A DNA stretch of 61,500 bases from Octopus sinensis (taxonomy: Eukaryota). The DNA lies in the NCBI RefSeq assembly GCF_006345805.1, contig NW_021832422.1:1-61500 (forward strand), read 5' to 3'. Below, one piece after another: positions 39,517 to 53,437 of the stretch. Both the position numbers and the translations under genes were made by a program. How positions within the stretch are numbered: position 1 is the first letter of the stretch; every line of letters starts with the position of its first letter. The notes below the pieces were generated by a model that did no database searches, was not told where the DNA came from, and saw nothing but the letters and a program-made list of their open reading frames with translations.

Positions 39517-39938
39517 AACACACAGAGACTAGCACGCGTGCATACACACACATATACACACGTGTGGGCGTGTATGCTTATGTAATTACGCATGGCACCA
39601 TGTGTATTTATGTGTTGTGCGTAATTATGTGTGTATATGAATATATAATTGAGTGTATATATGTTTATATATTCATAAATATCTATATGTATATATGTAT
39701 ATATGTATATACATACTTATATATATATAATTATACATATATAAATATATATATATATATAAATATGTATGTATACATATATATATATAGGTATATGTAT
39801 ATGTATATATATATATATGTATATGTATATATATATATATGTATATATAAATATAATTATAAGCACCTGTGTATACCGTTTGGTGGTGTAGGTGGTGGAG
39901 TATATTGATCAAAATAACAACATGATGCCAAGGATTCA

Positions 39939-40016
39939 GCGGTACATATGTTTCGGGCCTTTATTAGACAGATTTATAACAATGCATAATGTATACCTGT
40001 GGCCTTCTTCAGCCGC
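39939..40016 (-). ncRNA. Type-I hammerhead ribozyme motif
   Basis: Minus strand GCGG-CUGAAGA-AGGCC-(41 nt)-GGCCC-GAAA-CAUAUG-UA-CCGC: 4-bp stem I, GC stem II, palindromic stem III, GUA cleavage triplet. Confidence 0.55.
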
Positions 40017-40789
40017 GCACAACAGCTTCCACAAGGACATGTGTTACATCAAAAATTCTTGGTTGGGGATGCAAATCCTCTCATTCGCGTACGACATAAT
40101 GCGGCAACAGCATAGAATTGAAGCGTCCATCTCTTTCTTCTCTCAATGTAGAATGAGGAAGTTTGGATGTTGAAGTAATGTAAATAAATTAATAAATAAA
40201 TACATATATAGATTGATAAATAAATACATATATAGACGTGAAGGAACCTGGTAATAAGAGTAAATAGGGGTAAAGATGGAGGGGCGATAATTCAGGACGA
40301 AGGATAAAAAATATATAAAAAGTGTAAGTATAGAAAAATATAAAAATGTAGAGTATAAAGATATAAAGAGATATAAGGAGATATAAAGGGGATATAAAGA
40401 ATATAAAAAAATATAAATGAATATAAAGGCATAAGGTTATAAAGTAAAAATAGAAATAGAAATAAAAGTAAAAAAATAAAAATAGGAATAAAAATGATAA
40501 AAATGTAAAAAAATATAAAGATAAGGGATGTATAGAGGTTACGGACCAAACATGGTGGTCAGGAAAATGACAAAATTTAGTTGTAGAAGCTTTGGGTGTC
40601 AATAAATCAACAGGGGCGTCTGGGGACCTAGTGTATTGTAAATCAGAGCTGTTGAGCGGTTAATCTAGTTCCTTGAATTAAGTGGTCATCTTGTACATAC
40701 ATACCAGCATGGATACATACACCCATATACACGCGCACATATACGCGCGCATACACAGCTCCAAGCATATAAGCATACATACGCACTTA

Positions 40790-40867
40790 AAACAGTCAGC
40801 TCGGTCCAGGAATCGAACTGACAATCCCACAATTGTGAGCTCCATCTTCTAACTACTGAGTCAAACA
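40790..40867 (-). mobile_element. tRNA-derived SINE head, degenerate
   Basis: Minus strand GACTCAGTAGTTAGAAGATGGAGCTCACAATTGTGGGATTGTCAGTTCGATTCCTGGACC has A/B-box-like motifs. Confidence 0.55.
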
Positions 40868-42503
40868 CCTTCACAAACGCACGCACGCACACACACTCAC
40901 ACATGTATCTACATATGTTTTTATATTTGTTTACGATAAACATTTTGAATATGAAGATAAAACACCTATTCCATTATGCCGGCCATCATCTAATGATGCT
41001 GACTTTTGAACCAGATTTGCATCGACGAATATATCTAAATATAATAATAATAATAAGAAGAATATCTAAGATCCTTGGATGGAATATAAAATCATTTAAT
41101 GCATGACTTCGCGCGTTTCTATCCTGAAGATATTCAAGGGTTTCTTCCCCTACTAATTTGCATATAATATAATCTATTCGCTTAAATAATCTATTCGCTT
41201 AAACAGGTTGTCCTTAGTCGAAATGAGACCAAAACTAAAGTCATATTGCAGATGAAATCAATTTTTACTATTCTGTACAATAAGGCTTTCTGATAACCTC
41301 ACCGCGAATATACTTTATGAAGGATGAAAAATACTTTTCTCAAATCCTTTTATTCATCAGCATTGGGAAAAAACTTGAAAAAGTTTGCATAGGAACGTCT
41401 ACTTTTGGATGAATATGTACTGAAACTGAATCACTTGAAGGCACATAAATGCTACATCAAATGACATTGAGACACTTATGCAAGAGAAACCCGTGTCGGA
41501 CTGGAATCTAATATGAATATTTGACGTCATGAGAACAATACTGAATTCTACATTGACTTTATGATGATGTTTGGTATAGTGAATAGGAAACTATCCACTT
41601 TCTTCTTGGAGATATCGACATCCTCCTTTCTGTAGATTCTTTAAAGACGATACGTTTTCGTACAACACTGAAGCGGTGTAACGCTTTGAATCCAAAGCTA
41701 TTGCTGTTTTTGGTCAACATTCTAGATGGAATATCTTCGCTAACACGCAAAGACGACCTGTACGGGATTTTTTACACCTCTCGGTGTCGAAATAATGAGC
41801 CAGCTTTTCTAGAATTTCCCATATGTAAATTATTACACACAGTTCTTGAATCTTCGCTCCAGTGACTCAAATCGATTTTTTTTTATCAGGCTCTCCCCGT
41901 AGTTCATCCGTTACACTGAGGAAATTTATTTTCTGTAGTATCCTTGAACCGCTTGAAGGTCTTATATTAACTCATCACTATTTTTTGAGCACACCTGAGA
42001 TCAATACCTTTTATGGTCGAGGACAATGGTCTGCATAGGATCAACAAGACTTCTTGGTTTCATCTACTGAAATACCTTAGTATCTAACCTGCCAATGCTC
42101 TGCACTTAATTACCATCTTGGTAATGTACACAATGATACTCACTGGCACAAACTAATTTCTATGTTTGATACTGTTTATTACTCAGGGATTGCAATAACA
42201 TCGGGTCATGTATTCGCGAGCTGCGGTCCGGTTGGGCGCTGATAGAAGAGTCGTTAATGATTTAACACATTACAACGTTTATTTTATTTGGTTTTTGTTC
42301 AGCTTACTTTCATATTTTCCACTGCAAATATGTGGCATTGTTAGAGTTCTATATTCTCTTTGATAATGTTGGAACCTCGACATAGCTACTGAGTGTGGGT
42401 GTCCGTGTGACCGTGGTGCAATTCAGGAGAAACAATATAAGCAGTAATTAACACGAGACTGTTACCCGGGCTGCTACTAAGAATATATATATATATATAC
42501 TTA

Positions 42504-42548
<45 letters not shown>

Positions 42549-42556
42549 ATATAATA

Positions 42557-42588
<32 letters not shown>

Positions 42589-43457
42589 CCTTAAATCCTT
42601 AAAATGTTTTAGCCCGAAGGCCGCGGCCATGCATATTTACACACGTGTATATATATATATATAGAAAAAGACAGCGTGCGAGGTTTAAATACATGTGTGT
42701 ATACATGTGTATCTATACATAAGTGGGTGCGTGTTGAATTATATATATATATACTTACTTATGTATATATAAATATATATGCACATTTATGCATATGTAT
42801 ATATACATAGGTGTGTGTGTGTACCCTCGCGTGTGTGTCTGCATGTGTCTATGTGTGTAGTCCTTGAGAATGAGAAAGACATTAAAAGAATTGTGCTGTT
42901 GAAGTTATCGTGTCTATCTATAATCTAACGTGGAACAATATGGCGTCTAACAGACTGTTCTAATTATCCTACGTGAGTTTGAAACTATTTTTTATTTTTG
43001 TAATATTTTATTGCTAATTATTATGTTGACAACTCTCTCTTCTGTCCTTGATTGCAATATCGACACATTTCGCCATCACCATCACAGATTCTCTTTCCTT
43101 TCAACAACACCCTAACGATACAACTAGTATCATATTAGAAAAGAAATCCCCATTATCAACATTATCCTATTCGACATTAAATATTTTCTACTCTCTGTCC
43201 TTCGCTCATATTAATCGTTCTAACATTCGTACGATTCAGTCAACCTCCATTTTCTACACACGCAAGTACGCAAACACACAGACATGTACTGGAGAATTCG
43301 AAGAAACAAAAGTATTAAATAACTGTTCCTTCGTACGATAACCATTGCAGTTTTTTGGAACTCCTCATTGGATATTCCAGGGGCATTTGCATTGCTAACC
43401 GCAATGGACCACCAGCAAAACTCTCTATTGCCTTCTATTACATATTCATCTATAATT

Positions 43458-43502
<45 letters not shown>

Positions 43503-43503
43503 A

Positions 43504-43640
43504 TATAAAATATTATTTGAGACAAAACCACTATTTTGCAAAACAAACAAGGAAAGACTTAATCAAAATTTTATGTATTGATTAAGTCTTTCCTTGTTTG
43601 TTTTGCAAAATAGTGGTTTTGTCTCAAATAATATTTTATA
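43504..43640. repeat. Perfect inverted repeat: 63-bp arms, 11-nt spacer
   Basis: 43504-43566 is the exact reverse complement of 43578-43640 (checked base by base). Confidence 0.97.
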
Positions 43641-43722
43641 ATATTTTACTATAAAATTGGATTTAATCCTAAATCTGATTTTTTTTTTCCCTGTAAATTT
43701 GGATATATTCCCTAATATTTAT

Positions 43723-43779
<57 letters not shown>

Positions 43780-43794
43780 GTTAGAGTAACGTTT

Positions 43795-43972
43795 ATTTGC
43801 CAACGTAAAGTAGCAGTCCTGATCAGAACAACCTTACTAACTTTTTTTAGCCCCCGAGAAACACATTTTCCCGCTGGCTATCGACGCACAACTGCGTCCT
43901 TAGATGTTTCCTGGGGTTAAAAAATAGTAGAAACATCGTTCTGATCAGGACTGCCATATTACGTTGGCAAAT
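43795..43972. mobile_element. MITE-like element with about 68-bp imperfect terminal inverted repeats
   Basis: ATTTGCCAACGTAAAGTAGCAGTCCTGATCAGAAC ... GTTCTGATCAGGACTGCCATATTACGTTGGCAAAT; same family as 37622-37848. Confidence 0.75.
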
Positions 43973-44429
43973 GACTTCACTCTGTAATAATTTTACTACG
44001 TATTTCTCGTTCAGAAATTTCAAACTACCACGTCTTACTACAATATAAATTATGCATTTACAAACATATATATAGACCACGTAGACTACAGGAAAGGTAA
44101 TGCAAGGTATACTGCCTGAAGGCCTAACGACATTGGCAACTTGTGGTCCTTCACAGGAACTTCGTTTTATCAACCGAAAGAAGGGCGATGTTGGCTTAAT
44201 ATGGTTTTAGAGTCAAGTTTCGGCTGCTATTTCCAGCGTGGAGGTATCTCTTAGATACCCTAAATTATAATTTTAATAATAATTGTTACTTTGAAGGGCA
44301 CTTGATAAGATCAATAATTAAATTAAGGATCTTATCCTCATTTACATATATACATTATATATATATCATATATATATATATATATATTGTATATATATAT
44401 ATACATGCATACATAATCGTATATATGTA

Positions 44430-44600
44430 TCTGTTTCTATGTCCCCATACAGTAGTGGTTCGACAAAAGACACTGATAGAATAAGCGCCAGGCATAAGCG
44501 AATAGTATAGGGGGGATCCAGTTCATTCGTCTAAAAATTGATCATGACGATTTCCTAGCATGACCACAGTTTTAATGATTGGATCAAACGAAAGACAAAA
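44430..44600 (+). mobile_element. SINE family B, degenerate 3' part
   Basis: GTGGTTCGACAAAAGACACTGATAGAATAAGCGCCAGGC...CTAGCATGACCACAG. Confidence 0.55.
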
Positions 44601-45447
44601 GATACGTGATCACAAAACAAGCTAGAAATAACAACGAAATAATTACTCTAACATCTCACCGACATTTTTCTGCGACATAATTCATAATAGTAATCGCATA
44701 ATAAGTTCTATACCGGTGAGATTAAAGACTCACAAAGACTTCACTTCAAATTCTTTGGCTCTTTCTACCGAAATCAAAACCGTTACTTCAAATATAACAT
44801 AGATTCATTCTATGGTCCGTGCTATTCTTCTTGTTATCGCTGTTGATGTAGTCACATCTTTTTGTCTTTCTTTCGTTACTTGCTTACACTGATGCGTCAA
44901 ACTACGTTTCGATTTCTCATCTCTAAGTCTTCTTCTTTCTTACTCCAGCGCCTCTCCCTCGCCATCTTTCCCATATCCTTGTTCTTTTTGTTATCGTTTT
45001 ATTTTTATGAATATCTCCCCAGACAACATACGTCAGCCGTGGAAGAATTTTTCGAATCAGTTTCTGTTGTATTCGCGTGATTTGGGTTGAAAATCGAAAA
45101 CAAAAGAAGCGCCTGTGACGACTGGAGCTGTCTCAAAATAGAAACAAATTTATGTGTGTGAGTGTGTATCTATGTGTGCGTGTGTGCATGTGTGTGCGCG
45201 TGTGTGTGTATATATACCTATATGTATGTATATATATGTATATAAATATGTATATATAGATATATACATATATATACACATATTTATAAATATATACATT
45301 CATATACACTTACATGTATATGTACTTATATACAAATATGTATACATATATACATATATATGTATATGCACATATATATGTGTATATATATGTATATATA
45401 TATATATATATATATGCATATTTATATATAGGTATACATACACACAA

Positions 45448-45484
<37 letters not shown>

Positions 45485-45614
45485 CATATATATAGACACA
45501 TACACATATATATATATATACATATATGCATATGTATATACATATATGTGCGTATACATACATATGTATGAATACACACATATATGTATATACATATGCA
45601 TATATGTATATATA

Positions 45615-45665
<51 letters not shown>

Positions 45666-46346
45666 ATATACCTTTATATAAATATGCATAACACCCACAC
45701 ACTCATAAACAGACCTATATATACATATAGCTGAATGCATGTGTATATGTATGTATATGACTACGTATGCATATGAACGCTTGTGTGCACACACCACATA
45801 CACAGTGTATTCATATATTTATCTCTTATTCTATACGTGTGCTTGTCAACGTCTGTGTGCGTGTGTGTATGTGTGTGAGTGTGTGTGAGCGCATGTGCGA
45901 TAGCGTTTCTTTGTAAATTTATATATCCTGAAAATGAAAGTAGGATGCAAACAGAAATGTAGATAAATAGAGAGGACATGCGCATAAACGTATTGGGAGG
46001 GTGTAGAAAAGAGAACGAAGGAGAGAGAATGAGAGAGAGAGAGAGAATGAGAGAAAGGAAAAGAAAGAAACAAGCAAACAAAGAAACAGATAGAGATAGA
46101 AAGAAAGGAAGATAGAAAGAAGGAGAGATAGACTGATAGACAAAAGGCACACATACAGACAGACCGGGAGACGAAGAGAGAGTTAGCGTCATATCCGAAT
46201 TTAGTATCAAAGAATTTTATCGAAATACATTTATATTTGGCATTGGTTACAACCAAAATTGAATGGAATCATTCTCAGAATCTTGCTATCAAATGACCTG
46301 CACGTGCAAGCAAGAAAGAGGTAGAGGGTGAGGAAAGGGGGTGTGG

Positions 46347-46378
<32 letters not shown>

Positions 46379-46505
46379 AAAGAATAAGAAAGACACTCGA
46401 AAGAGTGATCGAAGAAGAAATTGGCTTAACATGTATTCCTAGCACAAAGACAAGTAAATTGATTGATTAATAGTATATGAGCGCATGTTCATGGATATAA
46501 TATAT

Positions 46506-46540
<35 letters not shown>

Positions 46541-46760
46541 GCATACGCACATACAGACATGCATAAATACACACACAGACACACACACACACACATACAT
46601 ATATATACATTTGGCAGTGTGTGTGTGAGTATATATATATATATGTATATACAGACACATACATGGATGAATGTAATATATTCCTGCATCTAGCTGTCCA
46701 TTGCGAGTGTATTATAGTTATACAAAAGAAAAAGAAACTGATATGTATAGATCTAGAATT

Positions 46761-46841
<81 letters not shown>

Positions 46842-46994
46842 ATGTGTGTATATATGTATGTATATATGTTGTATATATATCTATATATATATATATATAT
46901 ACATATGATACTTGTATAAATGTGTATACATATGTATGCATGTTGATACATATATATATACATGTGTATTTATGTGCATATTTTTATATGTATA

Positions 46995-47335
46995 CATATA
47001 TACATACATACCTACGTACATACATACATATATACATACATACATACATACGTACATACATACATACATACATATATACATACGTACGTACATACACACA
47101 TACATACATACATACATACATACATACGTACATACATACATACATACATACATACCTACGTACATACATACATACATACCTACGTACATACATACATACA
47201 TACATACATACGTACATACATGCATACATACGTACATACATACATACCTACGTACATACATACATGCATACATACGTACATACATACATACATACATACA
47301 AACATACATACATACAAACATACATACATACATAT
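46995..47335. repeat. (TACA)n microsatellite
   Basis: Directly visible; produces the YIHT/MYVC ORFs. Confidence 0.95.
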
Positions 47336-47480
47336 ACGTTTTTCCTTATATAGCTTCGTGCCAAATATATTATTGACAAATAAATGTGAAAAAATATAAT
47401 CTGATACAGAGTTTTCTGTTACATCAATCTTGTAAATGTTTTTGGCATTATTATTATTATATTTTTCTTGTTGTTGTTAA

Positions 47481-47921
47481 GGAGACGAGCTGGTTGAATG
47501 CTTAGCACGCCGGGAGAAACGCTTAGCAGTATCTCGTCAGACGCTGCGTTCTGGTTTCAAGTTCGGTCCAAGGCAACGTTGCTTTTCACCTCTTCTGTGT
47601 CGATGAAATAAGTACCAGTCAGATGCTAGGTTCAATATATTCGACTATCCCCACCCCCAAATTTGAGGCCCTGTGCCTATAGCACAAAATATTGTTATTA
47701 TCATTATTATAAGGCGGCGAGCTGGCAGAACCGTTAGCAAGCCGGGCGAAATGCCCTACTGTATTTCGTCTGGCTTTATGTTCTTAGTCCAAATTCCGCC
47801 GAGGTCGACTTTGCCCTTCATCCCTTCGGAGTCGATAAATTAAGTACCAGTTGCGTACTCGGGTCGATGTAATCGACTTACCCACTACTCTGAAACTGCT
47901 GCCCTAGTCCCGAAATTAGAA
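47481..47921 (+). mobile_element. Two tandem SINE family A copies (47481-47685; 47713-47921)
   Basis: GGAGACGAGCTGGTTGAATGCTTAGCACGCCGGG and GGCGGCGAGCTGGCAGAACCGTTAGCAAGCCGGGCGAAATGCC, joined by a (TTA)-rich linker. Confidence 0.9.
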
Positions 47922-48218
47922 ACAACACACGCATGAATTTCCTGGCGAAATTAACCATAACCATCCCTGAAGGGATTTGTAATCACAGACGAGGTTCCAT
48001 AAATTTGATAAAGTGAGTTCTGATGGAAAGTTCCAGGACTTTCAGGACGCGTGATGGTTGAGAAGAGATAATTATTTAGAGAAATTTGTTGAATATGTTC
48101 GTCATAAATTATAATCTATTCACTTTGGATGCTGATATATCTGGAATCTGAGTTAAAAGGATTTAATCCGATAATGTAAACCGATATGAATCTGATGAGG
48201 TCAACTTGATACCACAGG

Positions 48219-48716
48219 TCGTTCGGATTCAGAAGCTCAAGTGTATCAAATGCAGTGATATATAGAATATATTCGTTATACAACAGTGCTGTATAATAAT
48301 GAATAATACAGGTTAACTGCAAACAATTTTAAAACACTTTATTAACACCATCTACTCTTTCTGATGTGGGTGGGAGATACTTTCACATAATTGCCCAGAT
48401 TCATCCAAGAACAGGTCTCCAGTTCTAATATTATCCCTACGTTTATATTCGGAACATTTTAGCAGAGCATACCTAAAAGTATTGAGACTTGAAACATTCT
48501 GAATAATAATGGTTTAATCATGTTGTTCTTGGATAAATCTGGGCAATTATGTGAACTTATTCCCCGCCCATATCAGAAAGAGTAGTTGGTGTTAATAAAG
48601 TGTTTTAAAAGTGTTTGCAGTTAACCTGTATTATTCATTCTTATACATCACTGTTGTATAACAAATATTCGATATATCGCTGCATTTGATACACTTGAGC
48701 TTCTAAATCCGAACGA
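48219..48716. repeat. Long inverted repeat (arms 48219-48413 and 48524-48716, about 90% identical, 110-nt spacer)
   Basis: Manual alignment gave about 15 differences over about 195 nt. No target-site duplication was seen. Confidence 0.95.
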
Positions 48717-49011
48717 AGCCGAAGGTTTAAACATTGATATGATCTCTATGAGTAGAAGTTTCTTTACGCTTCACTCCCATAACGAATCTTTCATATAAGG
48801 TAGTACAATTACCTGATCGAAACCTTGTTAGTGGTGTTGAGATGTAGGTTGACTTACAGAGCACCAACGTCCAGACGGATAGAATTCATAGTGAAATGGT
48901 AGCTTTAGTCTAGGTTCCTATAACACTGTCTATGAAACGAAAAGGGATTTTTATGCTTATGATCAATTTACTTGCGAGATATCTACGTGAGAAGAATGCA
49001 TTAAGTAACAT

Positions 49012-49049
<38 letters not shown>

Positions 49050-49306
49050 GGTGTGCATGTGTGCGTGTATTGTGTGAAAGTGTGTATGCGTGTGTCCATA
49101 CATGTGTGTGTATATACACATGCATTACACACATTCCCACACACACATGTACATGCACACATCTCTTAGTTAATTCTCTGTAGGGATTGGGCTTGCTTGG
49201 TGTTAAAAATAATGCTATGTCTAAGAAGCTGGTATTCATTTACATAATGCTAAATGTCAATGCTAAAGAAAATAATCTAAACATCATTTATAAGTGTGTG
49301 TGTGTG

Positions 49307-49354
<48 letters not shown>

Positions 49355-49426
49355 GTATTATACATGTATGTATTAACATATATATATAAATATATATGTG
49401 TTATGTATGTATGTGTACTTATACAC

Positions 49427-49474
<48 letters not shown>

Positions 49475-50278
49475 ATACATATACATGTATATTTATCGAT
49501 CTCCATATCTGTAAAAATATATATACCTACACAAAAATATATGTGTGTATGAATATAATTTGCATACCCGTAACGTGTGAAAAGATATTATTATACAACG
49601 GTCTGGGTGAGCATTTTAATGTTTAGTTATCACATAAGCTATCTACACCTGAACATAGATTTAAAATCTCAGGATGGTGGAGAGATACGCGGAAGGGAAT
49701 ATAAATTCTATTTGTAATTTCAATTTATCTTTTTCTGCAATTTTTGAAAGATTATGTGTGAGCTCTGGGTGTTAATTGAAATAGTAAAAAAAATTAAAAA
49801 CAGAAAGAAAGTAAAGGTGAATTTTTCAGTAAAAACCATTATTATACATATTTGAATATTTCTGCATTGCTGTAACTACATCAGGTGTCATGCACAGAGC
49901 AGTTAGATGCTGAATAAGATTACATGGCGTGTGGGCACGAGCATGTGTGTTTGCTTTTGCATCTATACAAATACACAAAAAGCAAATACGCAAATCGGTA
50001 AGCAAAGGCATACAGAAGATTGTACGTACATTCATACTTTACTAGATACCTACATAGACACATATATGCATATACACACACGCTATCTAAGTAGGCATAC
50101 ATAAATGCATATATATATATATATATATATGTTTATGTGTGTATAAATAGATTTATGTATATATATATATAATATATATATATATACATAAATCTATCTA
50201 TATATATACACACATACATACATTCATTCATACACACCTACATACGTGCATCCTTTCATACATGCAACACTTACACAC

Positions 50279-50312
<34 letters not shown>

Positions 50313-50444
50313 ATCCCTGCTGCTTTAAATAAAGTATATAGACACATACATATGTGTATAGGTAGATAAGTCCATACATTCATTCGTACACACCTACATA
50401 TGTAAATCCTTACATAATGCACACACACACACATACACACACAA

Positions 50445-50480
<36 letters not shown>

Positions 50481-51003
50481 TATCGAGTTGCGAAATAAGC
50501 ATTGTGTGAACAGTAATATGAATAACTCTTAATGTAGGCAGGCATGTGCGTGCGGGCGTATGGAGCTTATGTGATTGATAGTATTGTCAGGAATAATTTG
50601 TGTATGCTTGTATAGATACGCCTGTGGGTGCCTTTCTACAGTGTATTGCTGTGCATGCGTGTGTTGTACGTGACACTCCGTATATACAAGCTCAGTCAGA
50701 ATACAATTTGTTGTGTATCCCTTGATCAACAAGCAAGCAGCGTCTTTATCGTTGCAAACATCGAAGGATCGATAATTTCATCAAAATCGTTGACGTCCCT
50801 TTCTGCATTTATTAAACGTCAAAGCCGTCAACAACATTATCAAGGCTAAATTTGTATTTAGCTATAAAAACAGCAATCCCATGATGCATTTCAGCATTTG
50901 TTTCTTATTAGAAAATTCCCTCTTTTCATGGCCACCTATTTGTAATTCTATTTATTTTCAACGTACATGTACATGCATATGTAGGTTATGGATATATACA
51001 ATT

Positions 51004-51034
<31 letters not shown>

Positions 51035-51188
51035 TCAACGTGCATCTACATGCGTATGTAGGATGTTTGTATGTATGCATATATATATATATATATATAT
51101 TATATATTTATATATACATACAACAATACACGCAAGTACACGCAGTCACACAAACACACGTATATATATACATATATATATATATATA

Positions 51189-51244
<56 letters not shown>

Positions 51245-51644
51245 AATATATCTATATGTATATATATATATATATATATACGTGTATGTAATGTAAGTGT
51301 GTTTAATTTAATGTAAGACTGTATGTAATATCTGCAGTTGGATGGTAGGGAGGTATGTATGTAAGTTGCTATGTAATTAGGTGGGCGGTTATATACGGAT
51401 ATATTCCTTCAGGCATATGTGAAAATAGGTACGTAGATGTATAGTTAAATATGATGGCACATATGTACGTATATCTGGATATCTATTTCGTGTGTGTGTG
51501 TGAGTGTTTGTAGTTGGGTAGAAATCTATGTGAATAACCAGGTATGTATATATGTTTAACTACATATTAGCAAGCTTAGATTTATCTGTATACCACACTC
51601 ATGCCCGCATATATATATATAAAATAAAACATACATACATATAC

Positions 51645-51769
<125 letters not shown>

Positions 51770-51795
51770 ATATATATATATATATATATATAATA

Positions 51796-51868
<73 letters not shown>

Positions 51869-53100
51869 CATATATATATACTATATATGTATATGCGCAT
51901 ATGCAGATGACATATCGTTTTTATAAAATTATATGTTCATATATAATTTATGTGCATATATGAATTTATATATGAATGTTTAGAGAAAGAGAGAATATTT
52001 GTCATATACATGTGGAATTCTGAAATTGTCGATAGCTCTGCATTTATATTCAATTGAACACCTTTTATACTCAATTGAACACCTTTTTCCTAAGATTATT
52101 ATACTTATTTCTGAAAATAATGTTACAATATCAACAAGTTTCATACATACATACATGCATACATACATACATATGTATACATACGGTGCGCTTCTTACCA
52201 TTCGACTAAACAATCTGCAAAGGGCCGCAGTCTAATGACTTATGGAAATAAAAGTTATACGATAACGATCTACTACTTGCGGGGATTATTTGAGGACAGT
52301 TAATTACCAGTTTAGTACTATTTTCGAAGCAATAGAAACTGTTATTTTTTTTCTTTTCTTTCAGATCAACCACGAGAGATGAATCTCTAGCATAAGAAAT
52401 GAAGAGGGAACCACCGTTGTCATATTTTTGGGACACCGCAGTTTAGAAATTGACAACTCTCTAAATACTGAAAGATATTTTGGATGGATTAAGAAGCTTC
52501 TGACTGGGAACCGTATCAATGAAAACAAAAAAAATATCGTAAGTGTTCTATCAGTATAAGCGGCTCATATCATTAGAAGTGATGACCCGAAAATCTATGA
52601 GATCCATCAGCTTAGAACTTCCAGTGTCACAGTGCTTTATCAGAAAGATTCCAATCTCGTCTTCAAAGCTGAAGGCAGATTCATAGATAATCCTATAAGA
52701 AAAAAAGATCTTTATCGAGATCTTGTGCTGAAAATGTGTATTAAAGGTGCTTTGGCTTTTTCTAGATTAGATTTATGTTTTTAAATTGCCGAATATGTCC
52801 TCAAAAAAATCTGACTAGCTTTATTGAAAGTGAGACAAATCACTCAACCACGAGAGTATGATTTTACTATCATTCTGCGAAAGAAACTTCTTGTTACTTT
52901 TTTTATTGAAAGTTATAAACACCAAAAGACACGTCAACGAACGGTAATTCAAATAATACCTGAATAATAAGGAACCTTTGTTCCACCCATTCGTCCAACG
53001 AGATGTTGTAAGATAATGGCAAACGGGGCCGGAAATTTCAACACCCATCGTCAAGCACAGCTAATCGTCAAATGTCTCACAGCTGAAAATTGTTATTCAG

Positions 53101-53437
<337 letters not shown>

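Noticed and set aside
52043-52084. 21-bp tandem duplication
   Set aside because: Two copies only and no spacers; an ordinary slippage duplication, not CRISPR-like.
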